From: Azolla caroliniana
Lineage: Eukaryota; Plantae; Polypodiophyta
Assembly: GCA_043228905.1 (NCBI GenBank)
Contig: JBHGNT010000055.1
Span: forward strand, 109,371 to 173,370
Reading direction: 5' to 3'
DNA: 64,000 nucleotides
Shown: positions 35,701 through 49,600 of the stretch, one piece after another
How positions within the stretch are numbered: position 1 is the first letter of the stretch
Layout: every line of letters begins with the position of its first letter
The notes under the pieces: generated by a model
What the model was told of the DNA's origin: nothing
The model's database searches: none
Seen by the model: only the letters and a program-made list of their open reading frames with translations
Program-made: the position numbers and the translations under genes

Positions 35701-38141
35701 ACCACAAAGATGGACGCAATGTTGGACAACAAAGTTCAACATCAATGGAATGTACTGGACCATTTGGAAGCTCAAGCAGTAAATCTGAATCTAATACATG
35801 GAGTGGAAAACATGCAAGACACAAAAATTATGATGATAGAAAGGGAAAACAGAAAATGCCAGAGTATGAAATGCTAGATGATGGGTCTAGAAACATGGAA
35901 GATGTAGATTCAGATACATCATTGGATGATAAGCTTGGTATAGGAGCCCTGAAAATCCCTGGTATGGAAAAAGCAATGAAGGATGCAAATCAGAAACTGA
36001 GAAGATTAGATAGAGAGAAAAAGATTGTTGAAAGATTTGGTTATGACACATATATGGCTATGCATTATGCATACATGTCTAAAGTGGTACAAATCCCTGA
36101 TCCAAACAGCTTTGATGAAGCAAAAGCTGAGAAAAAATGGGTGAATGCAATGCAAGAAGAAATAGATGCATTGGCTGAAAACAAAACATGGGATTTGGTA
36201 AAGTTACCAAAAGGAAAAAATGTGGTCGGTTGCAAATGGGTCTACAAGACAAAGCATGATTCCAATGGAAATGTCAATAGACATAAAGTAAGACTTGTGG
36301 CAAAGGGATATGCCTAGATGCAAGGTATTGATTATGATGAAACATTTGCACCGGTTGCAAAGATGGCAACCTTGAGAACACTACTTGCTGTGAGTGCAGC
36401 CAGAAGATGGGTTTTGCACCATATGGATGTAAAAAATGCTTTTTTACATGGTAACTTGGAAGAAGAAGTGTATATGTGTCAACCACCAGGTTTTGAAGAC
36501 AAGAAGCATCCAGAATATGTATGTAAGTTGAAAAAGGCCCTTTATGGACTGAAACAAGCACCAAGAGCATGGCACAGGGAACTTTCAGATTCTCTGAAAA
36601 AATTTGCTTTCAAAATGTCAAAGGCTGATCCATCATTATATGTAAAGAAGGTAAATGATTGCATTGTTGTGATCTTGATATATGTTGATGATCTAATCAT
36701 TGGAGGTGATTCTATGGAAGAGATAAGTAAGTTGAAGAAAAATCTGGAAATGCAATTTCAGATGAAGGATTTGGGAGAGCTGAGGTACTTTCTTGGCATT
36801 GAGATGATAAGATCTGAGAGTGGTATATATATGTTGCAAAAACAGTATGCAACAACTATGTTGAAGAAGTATGGTATGCTTGGATGCAAACCTATTGGTA
36901 TACCACTAGATAAGAACTGCAAATTGAGGCCTGATTTGGGAGTCAAAATAGAAGATGTAAACATGTAGAGGTCTATGGTGGGCAACCTCATATATTTGAC
37001 CATAACAAGACCTGATTTGAGTTATGTTGTTGGATTCGTCAGCCAGTTTATGCAATAGCCAACAAAGCCACATTTGGACTGCATAAGAAGAATTTTGAGG
37101 TATGTAAAAGCTACTCAAAATTATGGACTGTTTTATAGGGCTGACCTGGACATAAAGCTAGAAGGACATACAGATGTTGATTGGGCTGGAAGCCAAACTG
37201 ACAGAAGATCCACAAGTGGATATATGTTTACATTGGGAAGTGTAGCTACTTCATGGAGTAGCAAGAAACAAGCTATTGTTGCATTGTCAAGTAATGAAGC
37301 TGAGTATAGAGGAGCTTCAATAGCTACATGTGAAGAGGTATGGATCAGAAGATTGCTTTCTGATTTGGGAGAATATATAGATGGTGCTGTCACAATTTGG
37401 TGTGACAATATGAGCAACATTCAGCTGGCAAAAAACCTAGTGTTCCATGCAAGAACAAAGCACATTGAAGTGCATTATCACTTTGTTAGAGAAAAAGTGA
37501 TTGATGGAGAAGTGGATATGTTATATGTAAGTATAAATCAGCAAGTTGCTGATATTCTTACGAAGGGATTGAGCATGGAAAAACATACATAGTTTAGAGA
37601 CATGATGGGAGTTATAACCATCGGCATGGTAGCTGAAAAGCATGAAGAAAAGAAGATTGAAGATGACCTCAAGAGAGGATAAGTTGAGCTTGAGGGAGAG
37701 TGTTGAGAAGCAAGCTCAACAAAGGTATGTGATGCTTATTGAGAAATAAGCTATAGTAGCTATTAGCTAATTAGCTACTAGTGAACATAAAGGTGAAACA
37801 ACTATTTAGCTATGCACAACTATTTAGCTATTGACAAGCTACTGGCAGCTAATTAGCTACTGGCAACTAATTAGCTACATATATAAGTCACTTATGTACT
37901 TAGGTAAAAAGTAAGTAGTAAGAAGTAAGAAGAGTAAGAGTGTGAGTAGTGTAGAGAGTAAGAACAGAAAAACAGAAAACAGACGAGAGCGAGTTGAGCT
38001 CTGCGTGTAATGAAGTAGAAGCTTTTTGGACTGTGCAGAGGTAAGCCTCCTTCCCCTTCCCCTTTTTTGTCTTGAGCACTAATCGATCCAGCACACCACG
38101 ATCCGTTGTGCACACAGAAGAGCCGTAGCGCCTTTGTAACA
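32797..38141 (+). mobile_element. Full-length but decayed Ty1/copia LTR retrotransposon
   Basis: LTRs at 32797-33225 and 37701-38141 (TGTTG...TAACA). TSD CGAAC, PBS TGGTATCAGAGC at 33226, PPT TGAGGGAGAG at 37691-37700. Confidence 0.97.
33353..37681 (+). pseudogene. Disrupted copia gag-pol
   Basis: Consecutive fragments: EKLDKNNFPAWKF; WYVDSRASNHM; WHKRIGH...HTDVWGP...RSDGGGEY; MDVKNAFLHG, IYVDDL; DVDWAG...ADILTK. They are separated by stops and frameshifts. Confidence 0.93.
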
Positions 38142-39557
38142 CGAACATGATTGAATTCCCAACACAACAACTTCGATAACTCTTGTATGTTTATCAACAA
38201 GACAAACCACCACACTTAATTGAACATACAACACATGGATAAGGACAAGATGCAACTAATGCATCAACATAATTCAAGGGTTCAAGTTCTATCATGTCAA
38301 ATATCTCAATACACAATCAAGACCTAGAAAACATGTGCAACATATTTATGGTGCAACTTGACCAAACTAGACATAAAGGATACTATGAGCATCATATAAT
38401 AAAAAACAACCCATGCCTAGAAGAGGTGGGAAATCAAAAGGGAAAGGTGATGCAAAAATGCCATTCAAAACAAATGGGAATGAAGAATGGAAACACAACT
38501 TTTAGGTTGCGCTATGTTCATGTGGCAAGCGAGCTAGACATCACTGGGCATGATGGTCACTCATTTGGCATCGATGGCACATAAGTTCATGTCCTTGAAG
38601 AGGTTGAGTAGATGAGACTTAACAACTTCCTGTAGGGCTAGACATGTAGAGCTCAAGAGGAGGAAATTGACTCTGAAATCTTGTATAATCGCTCACCAAT
38701 CATTGGAATGGGAGTCTCTTGTGAGGAGATGAAGGCTCTTTTGGTACCTATTTTCTAGGAGGAAGGAGGGTTGTGAATTAAAATAATAGCAACACCATTT
38801 TTGCTCATAATGGGATCTTTATACCCACCCAATCCTTGTGTCAGGCAAATGGCAAAAGATCTTGTGAGTGATCCACACGGACCGGTATTTGGTTTCTTAT
38901 CCCCTATAGTGCTTGAAGTTACCATCCATGTTCTTTCCAATTAATAGTACCATCTTGCACTAAAACCTATTTTTACTCTACGGAGAGAATTCAAATGAGT
39001 TTTGAATTGCCATATTTATAAAAGCTCTAAAATATGATATTTGCAATTGCAAGTAAAATCAAGTTTTACGCAATTTGTGTTGTCATGCCTTTATACAACT
39101 ATGGAGAACTTATATTAATTTCTTGCTAGTGAGATTATGCACATAGTTATACAATTAAGGGGTTCATTAGGACAAAGACAATGCCATTAGCTTGAATAAA
39201 TTAATTGACTTATTGAATGTATATTTATGTATATGATCATTTTTACATTTATCCACTCTAGATAGCGTCTAAATTATTGAAATTTACTATGTATTAGCCA
39301 TTTCTTCATTATTAAGTATTTATCCACAATACATAGCATGCTTATGCAACACTATCACCTTTTACATTGGCATATTAAGCTAATTGGAATAGAAGAGCTT
39401 AAGATGACTTTATTCAGAATCCATGTGAGGGGAATATGGTGAAATAAGAATCAACCAAAGATATCAAGATCAACTTGCCTCCAAAGCCAAGAAGGGAACC
39501 ATTTAATCCACATTGGCAAACTTAAAAATGTGTGCTTTTTTGTGTCCATGACCCATG

Positions 39558-40111
39558 TGTTGTAAGCTTAGGCCGTCAATGTGGAATACGAAGCAACACT
39601 ACAGGTTGAAAGACACCATGTTGGTGTAAACAAGATCAATAAGAAGAACAGATTATGATACAAAGACAACTTGAACAGAGATCAAGATAAAGGGACAACA
39701 AACAGAGAGGGGGAGAGAGACACAAAGGCACAAATTGTAATTGTATTATTTTTCAGAAGTTACAATACAAGAGAGAGGTACACAGACATCATCTTACAAA
39801 CTAGGTTACAAGTTTAGTATGTATAATTATTAATAACTGAACTAGGGCAACTGCCCTTTAGTATAATTACATACGTGTCCTAAACCTAGTTTTGGTTTTG
39901 GGATTAAAAATGTCATCGAAATCACACAAGAAAATTGTACATATTAAATTCACAACTCTAAACGTAGAAGCAAAACACCGTGAAGCTTCGAAGTCAACCT
40001 TCATATCATTGAATGGCATTCGAATTATAGAAACACTTACATCATTGGCTAATAACAAAACAAACGTCGTAAATAGATTGCTAAGCACTACATTAATCAC
40101 AAAGTACAACA
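39558..40111 (-). mobile_element. Probable solo LTR related to the LTRs of the 20856-26381 copia
   Basis: 7-bp terminal inverted repeat TGTTGTA...TACAACA. It shares blocks with those LTRs: AGGCCGT..CAATGTG, GAGAGAC..A.AGGCACAAA and TAGGGCAACT.CCCTTTA. No TSD found. Confidence 0.5.
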
Positions 40112-40683
40112 CTAATCACATTACTTCATCTTGCCCATATATTTTCTCTTATATAATAATAATATCATTTTACAATTAAGTGCTGTTATGCAAAATTAAT
40201 AACTCACAACTAAACATCCAAGTTCCTTGATTACATTTCTCTTAAGTAAATAAGTTTGGTTTAAGCATTAAAATCTAATCTAGATATCCATATTTAGGAT
40301 ACCCAAATGTGCCTAAACTTTTGTTATTTTCTCTAAAAGCTTGCAATCAATCCCATATAGAGAGTAATAGGGGATGAAGAACACGATGTCTTATTTTTTT
40401 AATAATCAATTTGAAGCAATACAAACTTGATTTGTGACAATGTGATGTGGTGCACATCTTTCGGTGATGCGTTCATCTATAAAAGGTTGCACGATTCCAT
40501 CTAACAACCTTTCTTCAGGTTGTCATTGCCCGGCAACAAACAACACGGGGGTAGAGCAAAGATAAGAAGCACACATTGCGGCCATGGGCCTTACACACTT
40601 CAAAAGTCAATCATGCATGCATGCTCTCTCTATGACCACCAAAGGGGCAGAATATTGCGAAGGACTAATGAGCCAGCAGCCTT

Positions 40684-40704
40684 ATACATACATACATACA
40701 TACA

Positions 40705-40732
<28 letters not shown>
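40684..40732. repeat. (TACA)n microsatellite upstream of FtsZ1
   Basis: About 12 tandem TACA units. Confidence 0.85.
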
Positions 40733-40735
<3 letters not shown>

Positions 40736-40966
40736 TCTTCATTCATGCTCATGCGCTTCTGTCACTAAATCTAAAAGGGCAAGCGGGAGGGAGGGGCATT
40801 TCGGGAAATTAATGGAAATCGTTTGGAAGTTCGAACTGCCACACTACTACTCTACTCTCTATCTCTACTTCTATTGCTAAAATTCCACCCCAAAACCCTA
40901 TTTTTCAACAGACCGCAGAGCTTCCGGATTTCTGCCTTCTCATTCATCATCACTGAATAGAAGGGC

Positions 40967-43900
40967 ATGATGCTACTTAATCAACATACTTTATCCGCAA
41001 CCACGGTGTCTCATGAAGCTGTACTCTTCAAACCCTTCGGGCTTCTCTCCTCCAAAGTTAACTGTGGAAGCCTTAGCTTTAGCACAGCTACTTGCCATGC
41101 CAGACTTAAGATCACTATGGTAAGAAAAGCCAGGGGAATCACAATCCACGCTGCATCATCATTTTCATTGCCTTCTTATGAGGGGGCTCGCATAAAGGTC
41201 ATCGGAGTCGGAGGAGGTGGCAATAATGCAGTTAACAGGATGATTGCCAGCGATGTTCAGGTAGTTTTTTCCTTCTACGGTCTACCTGATTACGGAGTTG
41301 AAGAATGCATTGTTCTCATATTGGATACAAAATTTAAACTAGGAATCCCTAGAGGTTATTTTATGGATAATGTATGTGTATGGCATGTACATATGGATCA
41401 TGCATGTATTGTATATATATGTATAAACGTATCACACATGTGGTTTATGTATACATTGGAGTTTGAAGCTCCAACATAAGCTCTAACGATATGTACTGCA
41501 AGTGGTTGGAGTAGGGTCTCCTTTCTACCTAATTGTGGAGCTTCCTGTTTTTTTCAATTTCAATACAAATTCAAAGTAGGATTGCCTTTTTCTGTCAATA
41601 CTCATTTTTGGCTTCACATGGACTCCAAAAGGTTTTCAAGGTTTTCAACAATGAAACTCAAAAAAAATGGCCAAGGTTGCTAAAGCCATAGGTTGAATAC
41701 TACTTTGCATTGACAATTTAGAGTAACTAGAAAAAATTGAGGGCTCGTTTTTCAAGTTTCTAAAGTCACCAATGCGGAGCTTTAATGTTGTAAAACGTAA
41801 TTGTATCATAGTATAAAGATATCTAAAGGTAGATACACGTTTTTGAGTTATTCTGGCATAGTCTTAGGGCTTGGAAGATAGCACAAATTTTCATATGGTT
41901 ATAAGCCTTTATTGTAGTTTCAAATTTGAAGTCTTATTATAGACTCAGAACAGCGACATATGTTTATAGCTGTGAGCATAGAGAAGCATCTAAGGAAGAG
42001 CAAAAAACCAACACCTATCGAGCCTCAGTAACGTTTCATTAGTGGGCAATATAGAGCCATGAGGTTAGGATCATAAAATAATTGTGGTGAGTGGCAAAAT
42101 GGGATGAACATATGTGTAGAGAGCAAGTTGCTGAGGAAAGAATAATGTGGATGGAGCATGGAGAGTTGTATAGTCTCAGGGTAGTAAGGGGGGGCATCGA
42201 GAGTCTGAGCATAACAAATAAGCAATGAAAATCATCATACCTTTATGCATGAATACATACAACCATGATTTCTGTTACTAGCATCTATGCCACTTTGTTT
42301 CATCAGGACCTTTCCTGCAAGCACAGTATGACTTTTGAAATGTTTTTTAAAAGAATTGCAAGTTCCACTGTGTCTTTTTATATTCTTGTTTCTAATATAA
42401 ACTGAGACAACAAATTATAATTGTGAAACACACCATCAGCAGACGAGTAATCTGGATTGCCATTTTCTAGTAGTTAACAGCTTGATCCATTACCTCTGCA
42501 GGGTGTTGAGTTCTGGGCAATCAACACCGATGCGCAGGCTTTGGTGCACTCAGCTGCACCTCAAAGGTTGCAGATTGGTCAAGAAATAACTAAAGGACTG
42601 GGTGAGATTCAAATATCTCTCTTAACCATTATTATTTCAGTTCGTGTAATCAGCTTGTGAACCAGGTACTGGAGGCAAGCCTGAACTCGGTGAAAAGTCA
42701 GCTGAGGAATCCATTGATGCTATCCAAGAAGCAGTTGCAGATGCAGACCTTGTATTTATAACAGCTGGGATGGGAGGAGGCACGGGTTCTGGCGCAGCAC
42801 CTGTAGTTGCAAGGATGGCCAAGGAAGCAGGGCATCTCACTGTTGGAGTTGTTACATATCCATTCAGTTTCGAAGGTCGTCGCAGGGCTGTGCAGGTGCA
42901 GTAGAACATAAGATAATATCATTTTTTTGCCGTATCAGTTATGAAACAATATTAAGTATTAGAAGATACACAAAAAAGAAGAAGATATGACCTCCTGTTG
43001 CAGAGCGAGGAGCTTGGCATCGGTTTTGTCCACAGGAAGAAAACTTGGGCCTGTCAGGGGCACACAGTATTCATTATGATAGTTCTTCATAAATGCAGTT
43101 TGAGATCATAAACACTGAACATTGTCTTTGAAAAAATGGCTTTACACATTTCCATTGAGCTTTGTTTTGACAAGACAAGGCACAATCTTAATATTGCAAA
43201 GCACAAGGTTGGCACTAAAGAAATCAGTCAATACTCTGATCATGATATTGAGCGACTGGCTGCTTGATATGACATAAGAGCAAACACTATTTCAAGAGTT
43301 TCTTTGGCAGATGTTATCTTACGGGAAGGCAATATTAATAAAGTAATGTTGTAAATTTGAAAACATTAATTGTAGCGACACCTAAAATCTCTTATGCATT
43401 ATATAAATGCAATGCCTTCACATTTGCTTTAGCATGCCATGACTTGTTTTTAATTCAATTTATAGGGATTGGAGGCAATTGAACGGCTGCAAAAATCAGT
43501 CGATACTCTGATCGTGATACCAAATGATAGGCTGCTTGATGTGGCACAAGAGCAAACACTTTTGCAAGAGGCTTTTCTTCTGGCAGATGATGTTTTACGG
43601 CAAGGCGTGCAAGGCATCTCTGACATCATCACTGTATAGACAGAAGAACTGATACTATACTTTTAAATGGCTTTCAGAATCACAATGAATGAAAATTAGA
43701 TCTTTGACCTACAGGTACCAGGTCTTGTTAACGTGGATTTTGCAGATGTTAAGGCAGTGATGACAAATTCCGGAACAGCTATGCTGGGTGTAGGAATGTC
43801 AACAGGCAAAAATAGAGCTGAAGAAGCAGCTCAACAGGCCACATCTGCACCTTTGATAGAGAGATCCATTGAAAGAGCAACTGGGATAGTTTACAATATT

Positions 43901-44843
43901 ACAGGGGGCAAGGATCTTACATTGCAAGAAGTGAATAAAGTTTCTCAGGTAACAAGTCTCCCACGATCTGTAAGAGGAATGACGTGAGTTAATTTCCAAC
44001 ATTTGAGTGTCAGTTTCACTGGTCCCTTTGTTTTTTAAATTGCCTTTCTAGAGCAGTGCTGTTATTTTATACCCTTAGGGTTGTAGAAAGTGAATTAGTA
44101 AGGCACTTGTTTCAGGAGAAAAATGATAGAGACAAATGCTGTTTACAATGAATTTAATATTAGACTCATTGTTTGATAGACTTGAACCCCGCAACTTTAA
44201 CATTATAAAGTATGTGCTTTACATCTTTTAAACCACATTCGATTTTGAATTATCTTTTCTCGTGGATGTATAAAGGTCATGGTTTTGTAACGGGATTTAG
44301 CATGAGATGTCTCGTTTTGAATAAAATGGTTGACTCAAATGGCTTGAACCCCAAACACAACTTTTATACAAAATTATACCTTCTCATGGATGTATAAAGA
44401 CCATGGTTTCAATATGGGATTTAGCATGAGATGTCTCGTTTTGTAGAAATGGTTGACTTCGTTCACAGGCACAACTGAATCAATACTAGAATATAGCTAA
44501 GCGGAAGTGGCCTTTGGGAACCCTAAACCCTAAATTTCTCTATTTTATTCTCTTAACTGATGGGACAAAATGTTTCAAACGGGTGCAGGTAGTGACCAGT
44601 TTAGCTGACCCTGCAGCAAATATTATTTTTGGAGCAGTAGTGGATGATAGGTATACTGGGGAGATACATGTGACAATTATTGCCACAGGGTTCTCTCAGA
44701 CATTTCAAAAGATCTTAATAGATCCAAAATCTAGTGAGAAACAAGATGTGGAAGAGGCCAAGTCTACAGATGAAAACCGGAGAAGACCACCGTCAACTCC
44801 TGTAAGGCCCTTTCAAGGTATTGCCAAGAAGGGGTTTTTTTAG
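40967..44843 (+). CDS. FtsZ1: Plastid division protein FtsZ1 precursor; exons 40967-41260, 42502-42601, 42666-42895, 43466-43633, 43715-43948, 44589-44843
   Basis: Transit-peptide-like N-terminus, then [26 protein letters not shown], the tubulin signature GGGTGSG, NVDFADV and IHVTIIATG. All introns are GT-AG and keep the frame. The short C-terminus ends KKGFF and lacks the FtsZ2 core motif. Confidence 0.96.
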
Positions 44844-46575
44844 TGCTGTTTTTTGCCTACAAATAAACCTTGGTTTAGACCATTCTTGATTGCTATTGAG
44901 ATTGTTCTGTACACCAAAATGTACTTTTTTTAGAATTCAAGGGAAAATGAATGGATTTTTCCGAAAGAAGTATACCTTTAGTGTAATTGGAATCTAAGTA
45001 ATTACTGGTCTCACATACTAAAACGTTAGGATATAAAAGAAAACAATTGTTGTCTCATTTTAGTTCAGCCAAGGATTTTGTTTGCCGCTTGGTTCAAAGC
45101 TTGTGATTAATTCATTTGCAATTTTGTTCTGTTCTCCTTTCTTTTCTACCCGTTATGTGTACCAAAATTTTACTTGTTTCGTCAAGTACAACTGTGATCG
45201 GCTGTATTTATTTTCTTTTAAGCTATTTACCAGACTGTAACACATTTCCCGAGACTCCTAAGAAGTGTATTTGTTATTGTCCGCATATGTTAGAATTAAT
45301 GAAGTTGTTTCCTTTCCTCAGAGGGGATAAAATCTTGCCTAAGTGGTGCTCCTTCATAATGGCTTTCATGAAGACTTGAAAATGAGAACCTATATTGGTA
45401 TTGCATCACAAATGCTAAATGATTTAATCGCATCCTTCTTTATTTCAGAGTAGGATATAGATATTGCCTCAAGGCTTTTGGGGCCTAACATGAATCCTCT
45501 ATTTTCTTAGGTATTGAATGATTAATGCTGTTGAAGGTTGCCATTCTAAAGGTGTCATGATACTCATACCTGTTTGGTGGTTCTAAACCAATATTGCAAT
45601 TTCATTTAAAAGATTGTATTATGGAAGTTTGTTTGGTGAGGGTTAGAGCAAAAACCTTCTCTCATTAGAAGGTTAATATATTCTTTCCCTCTCTTTGAGG
45701 TGTAGGAGATGTATAGAAAGACGTGCTTTCATTGTTAGATAAGATGTGTTTTTCCTATAGGTTCTTTAGTGCTCTTAAACCATGAATGGGCTTGAATAGT
45801 TTTGAGTTTGGCTTAGTTTTAATCATCATTTATCCAGTAAGAATGCTTGCACTGAGCAACATTGTAGATACTTGAATTCAAAAAGTGAGATGATAATAGT
45901 AATCATGTCATTAAACTGTGTTACCTTCGTTAACTAGCTTTCAACCGTGTTCTCCATGGCAATTCACACTGCATGATATGCATAGTGTTACCAAACGTTA
46001 ATTGAAGCACACCTTCAAACATGTGAAAATTCAATATAAATGTAAGACATGCACATATCAAACCTAGATGGCAAAAAGCCGTTTCATATCATTAAAATGT
46101 GCATTGAGTCTGCTGATTTGAATCATATGCAATGTTAGAACTTGTCTAATTATGAAACGTAAATTACAAAGTTTTCTTGTGAGTAGGGTAAAAAGGGTCA
46201 AAGATTGAGGAATGAAGGCAAGCATATGTTACAATAGGATGCATTGTGTTGTGATTGGTGGAAGGACAAGTGGGAATGTTATAATACACCTCCATACTTG
46301 GAAAATCTATTTAGATAACAGAAACCAACCTTATTGTCTAGAATGCCTATACAAGCATTTTTTGTCGAGGGTTTAGCTAAAATAAAATGCAAATGATTGA
46401 GAATTCTATAATGCAAACCAACTTCATTATAAAATTACTTCTTGAATCTATGTATCGTTTATATGGAGAAACCGTTGCATTGCATTTCCTTCGTTGCTCA
46501 AGTATAGACACTTAAGGAACATACTGAATGCAATAAGGAAAAATACTGAATGCAATAAAGCACAAGCACAATCAT

Positions 46576-46646
46576 TGCACTGGCCGGGAATCGAACCCGG
46601 GTCTGTACCGTGGCAGGGTACTATTCTACCACTAGACCACCAGTGC
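46576..46646 (-). tRNA. trnG-GCC: tRNA-Gly (GCC)
   Basis: Minus strand reads GCACTGGTGGTCTAGTGGTAGAATAGTACCCTGCCACGGTACAGACCCGGGTTCGATTCCCGGCCAGTGCA. Acceptor stem, A and B boxes and GCC anticodon are intact. Confidence 0.97.
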
Positions 46647-49600
46647 TATATGAATATGTCAAGTTTAAATAAGCAATATAATCCATATAAATTGCCTACA
46701 CTGAGCAACGCCAAGAGTGCGTGGAGTACTTGGCATGGGGAATGTGGCAACAGCCAATCCAATCCTACTACATGAATAATAATTGTAAAAGAGACACGCC
46801 TTTCAAAACTCACAATACTATATGACGGATTTACTAAAATAGCTTTATAGCTTCCCATCCAATCATTTTGTTTGTTTCTTCAGAATTAATAAGGAAGCGA
46901 TGTAAAAGAGACGAACTCATTTGTCTGAAGAGGAAGAAACAATTGTTTCCCTTCGCTTATATATTAGTTACATACATGTGTCGCCCACTACTATTGCCAA
47001 AGTTTACCTACTCCCACAAGAGCAAGAAGTAGAGAACCGTTTGGATATGGTGCATTGGTGTGTTGGATACACTGATGTGTCATGTAGTTCAGCAAAAACA
47101 AGATGTGGTATATGTTACAAATGTTTGAGAACCTAATAGCTTACCATCAGGCTAACTAAATTAGGATGATGAAAATGAACAAATTTGGAATGGAACAACA
47201 TCAAGCCTCAATAATTTGTATTCATGAGTGACAACACTAAGAACAGGAAGAGATTAAAACTCTATAATACATCCTACATTAATGGAGGAGGTGGTTAATA
47301 TGTTGTTGTCAGGCTCACATAATGCAAAGTTAATGAAAGTCTCTATTTTATTCACAAAGACATATTATAAACAGTTGAGGGCCAAATGATCGATATGCCA
47401 ACGATAATAAAAATTGATTGTACAAAAATTGAACAAGAAATATAAATAGAGGCTGGAAAGGCTTTTAAATATTGTATCATTAAACGAGGGTAAATACCAA
47501 ATTGAGATATTATATAGGAAAGAAGAATCCTATGGTGTGCCAACGTTTGCAATGGCACGTAAATAGACAATGTAACATGTCATGTCAACACGCTATTGCT
47601 TCCTTTTCTACACTCTCAACAACACACTACCGACATATTCACACACTTAAGGAAAAACAAATAATGGACATTGTGCACAAGTAGTAGCATGCCAGCCACT
47701 ATATGTTAATTAAAGGGAAAAGTGGTTGCCTCTATGCAATTTATACAATGACTAGCATTGAATTGTACAAGGAAACTTTAACTAGAAAAGTTAAGTAATA
47801 CCACCATTACCTTGAAACCAACATGTCCTCGTGGGCCCTATGAAAATAGAGGATTGACTCAACATGATGAGCTTTATGATTAAATAGAGTGGATAGAGAT
47901 CAACTCGGAGAATTAATAATTGTAAATGTTGTTGTTGAATTCAGAACTAGCTAGATAATGTCCAAACCAGATAATATCCCAAAAAACTTTGCCTCCTTTG
48001 TATTAAAAGGCAATTCCATCCTTACCAACACTTGGGCTATTGAAAGTGACATTGTTTCTTGTTTGTATTGCCTTTTACTATAGAAGTAGTGTCAGTCATG
48101 GATGCTTCCATATTCTATCTTTGATTGCATAAAGTGAGTTTGTAAAGCCATCTTTCACAACTACCACATCATTATTGAGTATCATTATTTTTGTCCCAAA
48201 GATAAAATTTTGATGGCATCTAGATATATACTTAAATTCCAACAATTCATGCAAACCTTTTGTCATGTCATTCAAGGATGGAGTGACAATTTTTTGCAGC
48301 CACAAATCACACATTCGGTTTCATGTTTCTGTTGGTTAATATTGCATACAATCATATCTTGTCTTTTTAAGGATAGGGGGGGGGGGGCATGTCACATGGC
48401 ATTAGTTGTAAGCTGAGCTCATGTTGCATATTCATGCATGAAGCACCATATACTCGTTAGTGTGTTACGTTGAGATTGATATTCAAAGATGACACAACTA
48501 AGTTTGGATTTAGTATAAACCATACATGGGCTAAGAGATTGCAAAATCAAAAACTTCAGGTAGTTTAATTAGATAAAAAGAAAGTACGGTTTCCAAATGG
48601 AGGCATAATGTACAGAAATCTAGTATGGTATATGCTATGCAATAGCTTGAGAAAATATAACCAAGAGTAAAATGTAAACTTATCTGGGTTTTGGAGTTTG
48701 GAGTCTAGACTAACCGAGTATTTTTGGGCAGTCAATGGTCATGGCATTTTGCACATCATGGGAGCAAGCAACAATGTAGACTCTAGAGGGGAGAATTCGC
48801 TTCCCAAGTATTTTGCATTTGAGTCTCCACCCCCCAAAGAAACAAAACAATAGGTTCTTGATGGAACGACCATCACACCATCACAATAAGGATACAATAT
48901 GGTACATAAGCTGATGCTTTGTTGTTGGTCATCGAAAGAAAGTATGTACGAGGAAATTATTATTTGTTTTTAATATACGAATGATTAGATATTAAAAGTA
49001 AGCAAGCATTGAGGGGCACCCATCCTTTCTCTCTCCGAGTCCACGTACGTACTTACTAACTTCTAACTGACACCATACATACATATTACGGCCCCGGGGA
49101 TGCCTGCCCCCACACAGCCCATGCCCAGGCATGTGCCACATAATAAACCAACCACCACAATTTCATACTAAACCCATCGCCACAATTTCATACTATGTAT
49201 TCGTATTACCTACCCCCCACGGCCCACTACTTACTTCATTTTATTATATTTCACAATTCCCTCCCTCCCTCCCTCCCTCCCATAACAAAACGAACACCCA
49301 CATACATACATATGTACATACTTAAAAGAGTGGACAGGAGGGGCCAGGGCCAGGGCCAGAACAGAGCTGAGCTGAGGTTACAAGCGTCCGTCCAAAGTAG
49401 GTCCGGTCCGATTCCTAAGGAGAGAAGACTAGGCAGCCCAGTGATCATCTTTGATTCACAAAGAGGTTCCAACTCCAAGGGAAAAATCTGCGCAGCAGCA
49501 CATAATAACACATTGAAGCCCAACCAACATGACACAGTACTCATTTGAAGACGTTAAAGTATTAAACCTAATTAGCTGCTGCTAACGAATACGTACTACT

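Noticed and set aside
32677-39000. Possible older LTR hosting the 32797 copia (flanks 32677-32796 and 38147-39000)
   Set aside because: Composition is LTR-like, but I could not define termini, TSD or PBS.
40967-44843. ftsZ as bacterial contamination or recent horizontal transfer
   Set aside because: It has spliceosomal introns and a transit peptide, so it is the normal nuclear-encoded plastid FtsZ1.
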